Assembly (NCBI GenBank): GCA_036338695.1
Contig: JAYZBQ010000018.1
Coordinates: 816-64,815, forward strand
Reading direction: 5' to 3'
Length of the DNA stretch: 64,000 nucleotides
Source of the DNA: Myxococcota bacterium
Lineage (GTDB): Bacteria; Myxococcota; UBA4151
Part shown: positions 36,162 through 46,551 of the stretch, in pieces
Numbering within the stretch: the stretch's first letter is position 1
How the letters are laid out: every line of letters begins with the position of its first letter
The notes under the pieces: generated by a model
What the model was told of the DNA's origin: nothing
The model's database searches: none
What the model saw: only the letters and a program-made list of their open reading frames with translations
Program-made: the position numbers and the translations under genes

Positions 36162-38434
36162 GGATCGACGCCGCAGTCGTTCGGGCAGTCATCGTCGTCC
36201 GCCTCGTTCCCATCGTCGCAGCGCTCACCATCGTCGACGACCCCGTCACCACAGCGCTGCGCGCGGCAGTCGGTGCGGCAGCTACCGTTCGGCGCGTCGC
36301 TGTTGCGCTCGGCGCCGAGGTCACAATCCTCTGAGCGCCTGTTCACATAACCATCGCCGCAGCGCGCTCGGTTGCAGTCATTGAGGCAGTCATCGCCGTT
36401 GCTGCGGTTACCGTCGTCGCACTGCTCGACGCCGCGCTGACGGAAATTATCACCACAGACGGCGCGACGGCAAAGGATGGTGCAGTCATCGCCTGGGTCT
36501 TGGTTGCCGTCGTCGCACTCCTCGACGCCCGCCCGCAACACCCCGTCGCCGCAGCGCTCCTCCTGACAGGTCGCTGTGCATGCGTCGGAGCCGTCGGTGT
36601 TGCCGTCATCGCACTGCTCGACCCCCACCTGCACGAGCCCATCGCCACATCGAGCCTGACGGCACGTGCTCGGACACGCGTCTTGGTCGTTGTCGTTGCC
36701 ATCATCGCATTGCTCGCCGTCGTCGACGATGCCGTCACCGCATCCGGGTCGGCTGCAGTTGGTGCGGCACAGGTCACCGGGCTCATCGCCGTTGGCCTCG
36801 CCCTCATCGCAGGCCTCGAACCCCGGGCGGACGATGCCATCCCCACAGCGAGCGAGGCGGCAGCCGCTCAGGCAGCCGTCACGGTCCGAGCTGTTGCGGT
36901 CGTCGCATTCCTCCCCATCCTGTACGACGCCGTCACCACAGGTCGCCTCGAGACAATCAACGGAGCAGCCATCACCGTCGAGCAGGTTGCCGTCATCGCA
37001 TTGCTCGCCTGGGTCGACCGTGCCGTCACCGCAGCGATGATCTGCCGGCTCCGGTGTCTGTGCGCTGGACGTTGGATAGCCGCCGTCATCGCCCCCCCAG
37101 CACAACGTCGCGCCCGTCGCGGTGAGCACGCATGAGCGGTCGCCACCCACAAACAAGCCAGCCGAGCCGTCGAGCGCCTCGAGACGCATCGGCAGCAGCT
37201 GACAAGCCGCCTCACGACCGTCGGGCGGAAGGCAAAGGCTCCCGTCAGTCGTCCCTAAGCCCAGCTGGCCGAGGGCGTTGTATCCCCAGCAATGAACTGC
37301 GCCGTCCTCGCCCAACGTGCAGGTGTGGTCGCCCGCTGCCACCACGTTGATCACACCCGCCAGGTCGGGGACCGGGCGAGGAGAGACGAAGCAGTGCCCC
37401 CGGCTCGAGAGCCCCTCACCGCAGCGCCGTGCGCCCTCCATCGAGCCAATCCCGAGCTGTCCGTACCCGTTGTGCCCCCAACAGCGCACTGTACCATCCT
37501 GCATCGCTGCGCAGCTGTGCGCGCGTCCGAGCGCCAGCCCGGCGACGTCGCGCACGCCCTCAACGAGGACCGGGCGCCAGCTGTCAAACAAGCTGCCATT
37601 GCCCAGCTGTCCGAGGTCGCCTCGCCCCCAACACCAAACGTTCCCGCTTCGATCCCGAGCGCAGTTATGAAAGCTCCCGAGCGCTAAGAGATCGGCGTCG
37701 GGCAAGAAACGCTGCTCGACCGCATCGGCGCGCACGCTCGTGTTCGTGGAGTCGCCGACCTGCTTGAAGCCATTCGCCCCCCAGCAAAGAACTCGGCCTG
37801 TCTCAAGGAGCGCGCAGGTATGCGCCACCCCGAGCTCAAGCTGAAGCACCTCATCGGCCATCGGTAAAGGCGCAGGAAGCACCCGACAGCGGTCGCGCTC
37901 ACGCGCTCCGCACAGGAGCCCTTCGTCGCCCTCGCCGATCTGTCCTCGGGTCGCCAGCCCCCAGCACCGCACGGACCCGCCCGACAGGATGGCGCAAGCA
38001 TGCGCTCCGCCTGCATGAACGCTGCGGACTGCGCCGGTGCGCAGCGGCCTGAGCGAAGCGCCCAGCTCCATTGGCTCCAAGCCCCCGTCGCCGAGCGCTC
38101 CGAAGCTGTTGTCGCCCCAGCAGAACAGGCGCCCGCCCGCGCTCAAGCCGCAGCTAAAGCGTTCCGAGCCCGACAGGCTCAGCGCCAGCTGCGTAAAACG
38201 GAGCGTCTCTGCGCTGCAGACGTCTGAACAACCGTCCTCGTTGCTTCGGTTCCCGTCATCGCAAGCCTCATCGACCTCGAGGACGCCGTTTCCGCAAACC
38301 GGCGCAGGCGGCGCAGGCGGTGGTCCAGCGTCTGCCGGAGACTCGGTCTCGCCCGGGCAGCCGATCAACGAGCCTGCGAGCCACAGGCCGATCAGGCGCT
38401 TTGAGCCAGCGATGCTCTGCGCAGTGCCCCTCAA
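36158..38434 (-). CDS. Secreted lipoprotein: RCC1-like beta-propeller repeats followed by ~8 Myxococcus-type Cys-rich repeats
   Basis: Lipobox LAGSLIGC. Repeated CWG.N..GQLG RCC1 blades (residues ~90-440), then CGDG…CDDGN repeats. Its stop overlaps the MTase start (ATGA). Confidence 0.75.
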   Translation of the reverse strand: MRGTAQSIAGSKRLIGLWLAGSLIGCPGETESPADAGPPPAPPAPVCGNGVLEVDEACDDGNRSNEDGCSDVCSAETLRFTQLALSLSGSERFSCGLSAGGRLFCWGDNSFGALGDGGLEPMELGASLRPLRTGAVRSVHAGGAHACAILSGGSVRCWGLATRGQIGEGDEGLLCGARERDRCRVLPAPLPMADEVLQLELGVAHTCALLETGRVLCWGANGFKQVGDSTNTSVRADAVEQRFLPDADLLALGSFHNCARDRSGNVWCWGRGDLGQLGNGSLFDSWRPVLVEGVRDVAGLALGRAHSCAAMQDGTVRCWGHNGYGQLGIGSMEGARRCGEGLSSRGHCFVSPRPVPDLAGVINVVAAGDHTCTLGEDGAVHCWGYNALGQLGLGTTDGSLCLPPDGREAACQLLPMRLEALDGSAGLFVGGDRSCVLTATGATLCWGGDDGGYPTSSAQTPEPADHRCGDGTVDPGEQCDDGNLLDGDGCSVDCLEATCGDGVVQDGEECDDRNSSDRDGCLSGCRLARCGDGIVRPGFEACDEGEANGDEPGDLCRTNCSRPGCGDGIVDDGEQCDDGNDNDQDACPSTCRQARCGDGLVQVGVEQCDDGNTDGSDACTATCQEERCGDGVLRAGVEECDDGNQDPGDDCTILCRRAVCGDNFRQRGVEQCDDGNRSNGDDCLNDCNRARCGDGYVNRRSEDCDLGAERNSDAPNGSCRTDCRAQRCGDGVVDDGERCDDGNEADDDDCPNDCGVDP

Positions 38435-38439
38435 GCGGC

Positions 38440-38892
38440 TCAGCCACCGTCCGGAGTCAGCGGCTGCCCAGCGTCAGCTAAGTCTGGCTCGCTGACGTCC
38501 GGTGTCGCTGCGTCCGCCGCTGGCGACGCCCCCGAGTCGACAGGCGCCCCCGTGTCCGGCCTGGGCTCGACGCCCGACGGTAAGCAGTAACCGCTCTGGC
38601 AGATCTCACCGGGTTCACAGTCGTCATCGCGCCGGCACTGCGGCTCGCTGGCGTCTTGCGAAGTCAGCCCCGCATCGTAGACGGTTTGCCCGCCAGCGCC
38701 CGCATCCGCTTGAGGCACAGAACCCTTGGGAACGCAGACATAATCGCGTGAGCAGACGTGATCTGGAAAGTCACTCCCGAGCGCCTCGATCGTGCAGTCG
38801 CTGCTGTCATCACAAGGGGGCGTGCCCGCTTCGAACTCCCTCGGGCAAGCCGCCAACAAAACCCACAGAGCGAGATAAACCCCTACGCGCAT
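38440..38892 (-). CDS. Small Cys-rich lipoprotein (hypothetical)
   Basis: ATG 38892. Signal/lipobox [10 protein letters not shown]. Contains [32 protein letters not shown]. Confidence 0.5.
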   Translation of the reverse strand: MRVGVYLALWVLLAACPREFEAGTPPCDDSSDCTIEALGSDFPDHVCSRDYVCVPKGSVPQADAGAGGQTVYDAGLTSQDASEPQCRRDDDCEPGEICQSGYCLPSGVEPRPDTGAPVDSGASPAADAATPDVSEPDLADAGQPLTPDGG

Positions 38893-39041
38893 GCTTGCCT
38901 CCGTCGCGCTAGATTGGCCGCGCGAGGGTCCGGCCGACAAGGCGCGTTCTTCAGTTTTGAGCGTCCGAGGCGATTTTTTACGGTCGGATGAACAACCGAG
39001 CAGCGCTTTCTTTGCGTCGCTGTTGAGGCTAGAGCCTCGCC

Positions 39042-41144
39042 ATGCTCTTCCACACGCTCCTCCTTGCCCAGACGATCACCGCCGTCAGCGCCGCTCAGGC
39101 GCCGACGCTGGACGGCCGGCTCGACGAAGCGATCTGGCAAGGGCCGGCTGCGATCACACAGCTGCGCCAGCGCACGCCAAGCGAAGGGACGCTCGCAAGC
39201 GAGGCGACCTCGGTCTGGGTGGCCTACGACCGTGACCACCTCTACGTTGCGTTTCGTGCTGAGCAACGCACCCCGCTTCGAGCTTATTACCTCGAGCCGG
39301 ATTTCGGCGGCGGCGACGACACGCTCTCCATCCTGATCGACCCATGGCGAGACCGCCGCAACGGCTACGTGTTCACGGTCAACGCCAACGGCGTGCGCAA
39401 AGATCAGCTCGTAACCGACAACGGGCGGTACCAAAACGAGGCTTGGAATGGCGTCTGGTGGGCTGAGGCGCGGCGAACCGAGGACGGCTGGACGGGCGAG
39501 CTGCGGATCCCCTTCTCGACGCTGACCTATCCGATCGCTGACGTCCAAAGCTGGGGCTTCAACATCCAGCGCCGCTTCGCACGCCGCCGCCTCGCAGCGG
39601 TCTGGCAGGGTTGGCAGCGCCGATTCAATTTTGCCGACCCAGGCGTGGCAGGGACCCTCGAGGGCTTACGCTCCATCCGTAGCGGTCAGCGCGTCCAGAT
39701 CCAGCCCTATGGCATGGCGGGTCTGGCGGCGCTCGATCAGGACACCTCGGCGCCCCTGACGTCGCTCTACAACGTCGGCTTGGACGTCAACGCGCTCGTG
39801 GCGCCGCCCGTCAAATTGACCCTGACCATCAACCCCGACTTTGCGCAGGTGGAGGCAGACCAAGCGCAGCTCAACCTCTCGCATCACTCCCTGTACCTCC
39901 CGGAGAAGCGCCTGTTCTTTATCGAGGGCAAAGACTTCTTCTCGTTTGCGACCAGCTCAGGAAACCAGCCTTTTTACAGCCGGCGCATCGGCCTCGACGA
40001 GGAGGGCGACCCGCTGCCCATCCTCGGGGGTGTTCGCCTGCTCGGTCGCAGCGGAAAAACCAACGTCGGCTTGCTGACGGCGCAGATGAGTCCCGAGTCC
40101 TGGCGCTTTGAGGAGACGCGCAACGCCAGCGTGCTGCGCGTCAAACAAAACATCCTCAAGCGCTCCGCCATCGGCGCGCTCGCGACCGCTTCGACGCAAG
40201 GCGCTTCGGTCGAAGGGGTCGCAGGGCTGGACCTGCGCCTACGCACCACCGAGTTCGCGACCAACAAAACACTTGAGTTAACGGCTGCAGGCGCGCTGGG
40301 CTGGTCACGCGCAGCGGGGCAACAGGGCGAGACCTGGCGCCTTGCGCTCGCTTGGCCGAACGCCAACTGGACCGGTCAGCTCAGCTGGGAGCGGATCTCC
40401 CGTGACTACGACCCGGCCTTGGGGTTCACTGCGCTCAACGGCGTCGATCGACTGTGGCTCAACGCGCATTATACGCACGCCTTCAAGGACCCCAAGCATC
40501 GGTTGCGCAACATCCAGTTCGGACCATTCGATGGCTATCTCGAGCTCGACGACGAGACCCACGAGTGGAGCCATTATCGGCTCAACATCATCCCGCTCGA
40601 AGGGGTCACACGGGGCGGTCAGTGGGGAAAACTTGAGCTCGTGCTCAAAGGTTATCAGCTGAGCGACGACTGGGAGATCATCGACGGCTACACGGCGCCG
40701 GCGGGCGCCTACAACGACGTCGGCGTACGCGCGAATTACTACCGCGGGTCGCAAGGGCAATTGGGCGTCTATGGCTACGTCGAAGAGGCGAGTTACTTTG
40801 GGGGCAGGCGCACCAGCAGTCGACTCTGGCTTCAGTGGAAGGCCAACCGCCACCTGAGGCTGGCGACCGGTAACGGGGTGTACTGGATGCGAGCCGACGA
40901 GCAGGCTGCGCTCGGTCGTGATCACTACCTGAGGGTGCACTCGAGCATCAACCGACGCTGGCACGGGAGCCTGCTCGGGCAGTGGAACAGTGACAGCCAA
41001 GAGACCTTGATCAACCTGCGCTTGCGCTACATCCCGCGCCCTGGCGCCGACGCCTACCTGGTGCTGAACCAAGCGCTCGACAAAGAGGGGGTTTCCTTGG
41101 GCACGAGCGTTCAAGGGAAACTGGTCTGGCGTTACGGTTTGTGA
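39042..41144 (+). CDS. CBM9-like + DUF5916-like domain protein (putative outer-membrane-associated carbohydrate-active protein)
   Basis: Signal peptide. The N-terminal LDGRLDEAIW…VWVAYDRDHLYVAFRA… matches the carbohydrate-binding family-9-like signature. 700 aa, beta-rich. Confidence 0.55.
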   Translation: MLFHTLLLAQTITAVSAAQAPTLDGRLDEAIWQGPAAITQLRQRTPSEGTLASEATSVWVAYDRDHLYVAFRAEQRTPLRAYYLEPDFGGGDDTLSILIDPWRDRRNGYVFTVNANGVRKDQLVTDNGRYQNEAWNGVWWAEARRTEDGWTGELRIPFSTLTYPIADVQSWGFNIQRRFARRRLAAVWQGWQRRFNFADPGVAGTLEGLRSIRSGQRVQIQPYGMAGLAALDQDTSAPLTSLYNVGLDVNALVAPPVKLTLTINPDFAQVEADQAQLNLSHHSLYLPEKRLFFIEGKDFFSFATSSGNQPFYSRRIGLDEEGDPLPILGGVRLLGRSGKTNVGLLTAQMSPESWRFEETRNASVLRVKQNILKRSAIGALATASTQGASVEGVAGLDLRLRTTEFATNKTLELTAAGALGWSRAAGQQGETWRLALAWPNANWTGQLSWERISRDYDPALGFTALNGVDRLWLNAHYTHAFKDPKHRLRNIQFGPFDGYLELDDETHEWSHYRLNIIPLEGVTRGGQWGKLELVLKGYQLSDDWEIIDGYTAPAGAYNDVGVRANYYRGSQGQLGVYGYVEEASYFGGRRTSSRLWLQWKANRHLRLATGNGVYWMRADEQAALGRDHYLRVHSSINRRWHGSLLGQWNSDSQETLINLRLRYIPRPGADAYLVLNQALDKEGVSLGTSVQGKLVWRYGL

Positions 41145-41203
41145 TCTAGTGGCGGCACGCAGCGACTTCGCTGCGACGAGGCTCTTCGCCGATCGGTCAC
41201 GGT

Positions 41204-42223
41204 ATGCGCTCGCTCCTGCTCTCCACCCAAAAGCTGTCCCCGGGGGTCACATGCGTCCTCCTCGTCACCGGCGCAGCGACCTGGGCGGCGACCCTGCCTT
41301 GGGCGCTCCAGCTCCGACTCAGTCCGCTGATCATCGGGATCCTGCTCGGTGCGCTGATCGGTAACCTCGGCGCGCAGCGGCTGCCAGCGACCTTGGATGA
41401 TGGAGTGGTTTTTTGCGCCAAGAAACTGCTCAAGCTCGGGATCATCCTGTACGGCTTTCGCATCTCCTTTGTTCAGGTCGCTCAAGTCGGTCCCATGGGG
41501 CTGGCGCTCGACGCCTTCATCGTCGCCTCCACGCTCCTCCTTGGGACCTACCTCGGGACGCGCTGGCTGGGCCTGGATCGTGCCACGGCGGTTCTAACGG
41601 CAGCTGGCTCAGCGATCTGTGGCGCAGCAGCCGTCGTCGCCACCGAGCCGGTCGTGCGCGGCAAGCCCCATCAAACCGCGACGGCGGTCGCCACGGTCGT
41701 TCTGTTCGGCACCCTCGCGATGGTCCTTTATCCCCTCCTCTTTCGGACCGGCTGGCTGCCCCTGAGTGAGCACGAATTCGGCGTCTACGTCGGCGCAAGC
41801 CTCCACGGCGTGGCGCACGCCGTGGCGGCGAGCGACGCCGTCGGCAGCGAGGCGGCGGATGTAGCGATCATCGTCAAGATGACGCGCGTTCTGATGCTGG
41901 CGCCGGCGCTGCTCATCATCGGCTACTGGGTGCGCAAAAAGGGCAGCCCAGAGGATGGCGCAGCCGCGATCACGACCCCATGGTTTGCGATCATCTTTCT
42001 TGGCGTGGCAGGGTTCAACACGCTCGATCTCTTGCCTGCTGCCTGGGTGGCTCAGCTCGTCGCCTTGGACAAGTGGATCCTGACCATGGCGATGACCGCT
42101 TTAGGGATGGGCACTGTTTTCAGTAAGGTCAAAGGCTTAGGGCCTCGGCCTTTCATGCTTGCTTTAGTCTTATTTGCTTGGCTCGTAGGCGCCGGCCTCT
42201 TCGGTACGTCCCTGCTCTTCTAA
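41204..42223 (+). CDS. yeiH: YeiH/UPF0324-family membrane protein (putative sulfate exporter family)
   Basis: ~10 TM. Conserved KLLKLGIILYGFRISF and AICGAAAVVAT segments. Confidence 0.75.
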   Translation: MRSLLLSTQKLSPGVTCVLLVTGAATWAATLPWALQLRLSPLIIGILLGALIGNLGAQRLPATLDDGVVFCAKKLLKLGIILYGFRISFVQVAQVGPMGLALDAFIVASTLLLGTYLGTRWLGLDRATAVLTAAGSAICGAAAVVATEPVVRGKPHQTATAVATVVLFGTLAMVLYPLLFRTGWLPLSEHEFGVYVGASLHGVAHAVAASDAVGSEAADVAIIVKMTRVLMLAPALLIIGYWVRKKGSPEDGAAAITTPWFAIIFLGVAGFNTLDLLPAAWVAQLVALDKWILTMAMTALGMGTVFSKVKGLGPRPFMLALVLFAWLVGAGLFGTSLLF

Positions 42224-42242
42224 ACCACAGCGCGGCGCCAAA

Positions 42243-43532
42243 CTACGGCGCGGTCAGATGCTCGATGAGGTAAGCGATCAGGTCCGCCTCGAAGCCCTCG
42301 TTGCGAGCACGTGATTTGATGGCGCAGGCGCCGCCAACAGCTCGACAGCGATCGTAGAGGGCGTAGTGCCCGCGTACATGGTGGAGGATCTGCCAGCCCT
42401 GGTTGAGCCGGTTTTGAGGCAGGTCCTCGGTCTGATTAGTGGTGATGAAGGGCGGATCTAGCGCATCGAGATGCTCATAATAATCAAGCACGCGAGCGAG
42501 CTGGCGCCAAGCTTCGGTCCCGACAAAATCTGCAGTGGTCATCTGGGTGACAGCGGTTTGCTTACCGCCGAGCCGGCGAGCGAGCCATTGGGGGTCAAAC
42601 CCGAGAAGGTCCGCCCAGCGGTCAAACGCATACGTAACCTGTCCATAATTATGACCTGCGACCGTCAGACGGCTCGAGGCGCGCAAGACCGGGTCAGCAT
42701 GATCGGGCTGTGCCAGGTCTGGAACCGAGGCTATCCACATGGAGCAACCCGCACCGGCGGAGCTTCCCCAGGCACCCACCCGCTCGGGGTTTAGGTTCCA
42801 GTCGCCGGCTCGATGGCGAAGAAACTGAACAGCGCGGGCACAGTCACGTAGGATGTAGTCAATTCGAGTGCCGTTTTGGTCCTGAGTTTCTCCGATGTCG
42901 TTCGGTCGCTCTGCACGCAAGGCAGGTGCTGCGTTCCTATAGGCCCACCGGTAGCTGATCGTCGCGACGGCGACGCCGGCGTTGAGCAGTCGCGGCACCG
43001 AGTTGTTCTCTCGAATATCTCGGCGTGAGCCACCGACAAAACCACCCCCGTGGATGAACACAGCGATCGGCGTCGGCGCCTCGGAGGCTGGCAACCACAC
43101 ATCCATGAGATTGCGACTGTAAGGGCCGTAAGCAGCCCCTTGAAGGTAACGATGCGGTGGTAAGCCCTCGAAGTCCGGGTCGCCCTCAGGATACGCGAAG
43201 GCTTGCGCCTCCAAGTAGCTCTGACCTTGCCCCTCATTGTAGTTGGTGAACCAGGTCTCAAGCAGCGCGGCGAGTGGATCGCGCACCACAGCACCCGCGT
43301 CCTCAGCTGCACCCGCATCAGGAGCCTCACCCACATCCATGGGGGGTAAACCGACGTCGACGGCGAGTCGGGCGTCTGCGCCGCGGGCGTCAGGCAGACC
43401 GGCATCCGGGACGCCACCACCTGCCTCGGGGGACACGACCTGCCCGACGTCTATTGAGTTCGACTCAGTGCTCGAGCAACCGGCAAGGTAGCAACTCAAG
43501 CAGAGCGCGCTAGCTAGTCCATAAGTCCTCAT
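42243..43532 (-). CDS. Alpha/beta-hydrolase lipoprotein (carboxylesterase/lipase)
   Basis: Lipobox YLAGC. Oxyanion-hole HGGGF. Nucleophile elbow GSSAGAG (GxSxG). Confidence 0.75.
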   Translation of the reverse strand: MRTYGLASALCLSCYLAGCSSTESNSIDVGQVVSPEAGGGVPDAGLPDARGADARLAVDVGLPPMDVGEAPDAGAAEDAGAVVRDPLAALLETWFTNYNEGQGQSYLEAQAFAYPEGDPDFEGLPPHRYLQGAAYGPYSRNLMDVWLPASEAPTPIAVFIHGGGFVGGSRRDIRENNSVPRLLNAGVAVATISYRWAYRNAAPALRAERPNDIGETQDQNGTRIDYILRDCARAVQFLRHRAGDWNLNPERVGAWGSSAGAGCSMWIASVPDLAQPDHADPVLRASSRLTVAGHNYGQVTYAFDRWADLLGFDPQWLARRLGGKQTAVTQMTTADFVGTEAWRQLARVLDYYEHLDALDPPFITTNQTEDLPQNRLNQGWQILHHVRGHYALYDRCRAVGGACAIKSRARNEGFEADLIAYLIEHLTAP

Positions 43533-43594
43533 CGCCCCCCCAAACTAGGTGGGTGCCATGCTAAGTGCTACGGAGCCTCAACGCCAGCGGTCGC

Positions 43595-46546
43595 CTAGAC
43601 TTCGCCGAGCCGGTCACTCTGAGTCAGGCGGTCGCGAATGGCTTGGGCATGCGCGGCGCTGAGGGCATCGCCCGGCATCCGCCAGTGCCAGTTCTCCTCA
43701 CAGGTGCCCGGGGTGTTGAAGCGCGCCGAGCCGTCCAGACCGAGCACGTCTTGCATAGGGACCACTGCGATGGCAGCAGGCGATCCGAGCGTCCGCTTGA
43801 GCAACTCCGCGACCACAGCGTCGCCGTCGCCGCGGATGCCGAGCTGATCGCGCACAGCCTGCGGCTGGTCATGCCACCAACCGAGCAGGGTGTCGTTATC
43901 GTGAGTGCCGGGGTAGACGACCAGGTGCTCATGGTGGTTATGCAGAGCGTGCGGGTTGTCGCCCTTGTCGGTAAAGCCGAACTGAGTAATCGCCATGCCC
44001 GGTAAGCCGAGCCCATCGCGCAGCGCGATGGTCCCTTCGTCGACATCACCGAGATCTTCGACCCAGAACGGCAGCTTGCCGAGCGCCTGCTCAAGCGCCT
44101 CAAACAGCGGGAAGGAAGGTCCCGCATACCAAGAGCCGCCCCGTGCGTCCTCGTCCTCGAACGGAATCCCATAGTAACGCGAGAACCCGATGAAGTGGTC
44201 GATCCGGATCACGTCGCACAGCTGCAGGTTGCGCTGGGTCCGCTCGATCCACCAGGCGAACCCTGTCTCGGCGTGCTTCTCCCAATCATAGACAGGGTTA
44301 CCCCAGCGTTGACCGAGCTCGCTGAACGCATCGGGTGGGCACCCAGCGACCAGAGTCGGCTGACCCTTGGCGTCGAGCTGGAAGAGCTCCGGGTGACACC
44401 ACACATCGACGCTGTCCCACGCCACGTAGATCGGGAGATCGCCCACGATCTGGAGTCCGCGGCTTTTGGCGTACCGCCGCACCTCGGCCCACTGCTCCTC
44501 AAAGAAGAAGAGCATCGCCCGCCAAGTTTCAACCGCGAAGCGGTGCTCGTAATAAAACGCCTCGAGCGCCTGGGGCTGACAGTCGCGCAAGCCCTTCGGC
44601 CAGGTCCACCAGCCGGTCTCACGGTGTGCCCGCTTGATCGTCTGGAACAAGGCGGCGTCCAGCGCCCACGGCGCGCCGGCTTTCCAGCGCTGGAACTGGG
44701 CGCGTAACGGGTGATCTTCGCTGGCGAGCATGCGCTCGGCGGCGCGTCGCACCAGCCCGAGTTTCCGGTTGAGCGGCTCTCCGTACTCGGTCTGATCCGA
44801 TGAGGATGCCGGCGCCTCATCGATCAGCCCGCGCGCCCTGAGCCAACCCAAGCCCACCAGCTCCGGGTTGCCGCTCCAAGCCGACCAGCTGCTGTACGGA
44901 CTCCCCGTAGGGTCCGTCGGAGACAGCGGCAGAATTTGCCACAACGAGCAGCCCGCATCGACCATCCAATCGATCGCCTCAAAGGCTCCATCGAGGCTGC
45001 CTATCGGCCCCTCGCCACCTAAGCTGCTCACCGGCAAGAGGAGCCCGGCGCATCGGGCGCTCTGGGTGCTATTTTTTCGGGTCTGTTGACGCTGTTCTGT
45101 GCGTGCCATGTCAAATCCATCCAGAAGTTCAGACAGGTCACCGTTCGCCGGGAGCCTGCTCAAAAGAGACCGGAACTCGAGTGTCAGGTCGACCCCTGCG
45201 AGCTGCTCAATCTGAGCTAGGGCGTAGGCTGCGTGACGCAGGTTTTGTTGGGGTTCAATGCCGGTGACGTCGTCAAAGAACCAGCCACAGCTCGTATACA
45301 TCGCCATCAGGTGGCGGTGCGTATCTAGCCACCTCAGCGCCTGGCTTGCGTCGGGTGTCTCGCCCTGGTGCTGAGCATACCAAGCCTCGAATCGCTCGGG
45401 GCGGTCGATCACCTCTCCGTAGGCATCAAGAGCAGCCTCGGCGTCACGAAAAAACCGTTTCCCAAGGGGCGCCAGCGCCGCTCGGCCTTGGTCACGCAGG
45501 AGGTCGAGCGCCTCTCGCAAGGGCGCACGCCAGCGCTGATGCCAGTCCCGATCGGGCGCGATCTTGCAGCCGCAGTCGCTGCGCCAGCGCCCGAACCCGT
45601 GCGCACAGCTCCAGCTGCTCTCGGCTTTGAGGCGACACAACCAGGTCGGCGGCTCGCGCTCAAGCCACTGCTCAAGGTTCACCACCTCGACCTCGTCGTC
45701 CGCAGCCAACCGCTCCAGCGCATAGGCGAGCGCCATCTCGCCGTAACGATGGTGGTGACCGTAGGTTTCACCGTCGGTGGCGCCCAGCGCCATCCCACGT
45801 GTGGTGGCCGCCTCGCGCAGTCGCTGCGCCAGCGCCCCGCCGTCGTTGAGCCATCCACCAAATGAGATGCCCGCTGACAGATCGGGGGCATAGGGCACGA
45901 CCTTGATCGAGGCCCCGCTCGGCAGCTCAGCCCGATAAGCCCTGCCGTCGAGCGTACCCGCAGCCTCCCCGCTCAACCACCTGCCCGTCTCAGGGTCTCG
46001 GATCGAGTCCAGCTGGTAGGCCGCCACGATCACAAATTCAACGCCCTCGGCGGCGCAGACCTCGAGCGAGGCTTCATCCACTGCGGTCTCCGGGAGCCAC
46101 AAGCCCTTGGCGGGACGCCCAAAGGTCTGCTCGAAGCTCTCGAGCCCCCAGCGGAGCTCTCGGCGTCGGTCGGCCGCGTCACACAGCGGGATAATCGGGT
46201 GATGGTACGCTTGCGCAATCGCCCCGCCAAACCCGCAACGGTCCACGCTCTCTTGGTCGGCTGCGATCATGGCGCTGAGCAGCGTCGGCTCGTTGCGGCG
46301 CAACCACTTCACCAGGGTCGGCCCGACATCGAAGCTCATCCACGCGTAGTTGTTGGTCCACCCCCGAGTCGCGCCGCGGTCATCGAGCAGGCGCGCCGCG
46401 GCGTTCGGCGCATAACACTCGGCGGCGATGCGCGTGTTCCAGTCGCGAAACGGCGCGGCGCTTGGCTGCTCATCCCAGGTCTCGGTCCACGGGTTGACCC
46501 GCGACGGCTGATAGAAGTGACCATGAAAACAAACGTAGGATGTCAT
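43595..46546 (-). CDS. Fusion protein: N-terminal glycoside hydrolase family 57 domain plus C-terminal 4-alpha-glucanotransferase (GH77, MalQ-like)
   Basis: The GH57-like N-terminus begins MTSYVCFHGHFYQPSRVNPW…. The C-terminal half has GH77 hallmarks: LLPVSSLGGEGPIGSL…QILPLSPTD…GSPYSSWSAWSGNPELV. Start taken at MTSYV (ATG 46546). Confidence 0.8.
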   Translation of the reverse strand: MTSYVCFHGHFYQPSRVNPWTETWDEQPSAAPFRDWNTRIAAECYAPNAAARLLDDRGATRGWTNNYAWMSFDVGPTLVKWLRRNEPTLLSAMIAADQESVDRCGFGGAIAQAYHHPIIPLCDAADRRRELRWGLESFEQTFGRPAKGLWLPETAVDEASLEVCAAEGVEFVIVAAYQLDSIRDPETGRWLSGEAAGTLDGRAYRAELPSGASIKVVPYAPDLSAGISFGGWLNDGGALAQRLREAATTRGMALGATDGETYGHHHRYGEMALAYALERLAADDEVEVVNLEQWLEREPPTWLCRLKAESSWSCAHGFGRWRSDCGCKIAPDRDWHQRWRAPLREALDLLRDQGRAALAPLGKRFFRDAEAALDAYGEVIDRPERFEAWYAQHQGETPDASQALRWLDTHRHLMAMYTSCGWFFDDVTGIEPQQNLRHAAYALAQIEQLAGVDLTLEFRSLLSRLPANGDLSELLDGFDMARTEQRQQTRKNSTQSARCAGLLLPVSSLGGEGPIGSLDGAFEAIDWMVDAGCSLWQILPLSPTDPTGSPYSSWSAWSGNPELVGLGWLRARGLIDEAPASSSDQTEYGEPLNRKLGLVRRAAERMLASEDHPLRAQFQRWKAGAPWALDAALFQTIKRAHRETGWWTWPKGLRDCQPQALEAFYYEHRFAVETWRAMLFFFEEQWAEVRRYAKSRGLQIVGDLPIYVAWDSVDVWCHPELFQLDAKGQPTLVAGCPPDAFSELGQRWGNPVYDWEKHAETGFAWWIERTQRNLQLCDVIRIDHFIGFSRYYGIPFEDEDARGGSWYAGPSFPLFEALEQALGKLPFWVEDLGDVDEGTIALRDGLGLPGMAITQFGFTDKGDNPHALHNHHEHLVVYPGTHDNDTLLGWWHDQPQAVRDQLGIRGDGDAVVAELLKRTLGSPAAIAVVPMQDVLGLDGSARFNTPGTCEENWHWRMPGDALSAAHAQAIRDRLTQSDRLGEV

Positions 46547-46551
46547 CGAAG

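Noticed and set aside
41163-41178. 6-bp hairpin gcagcg-actt-cgctgc after the CBM9/DUF5916 gene, as a terminator
   Set aside because: Too short and no U-tract. Not reported as a feature.
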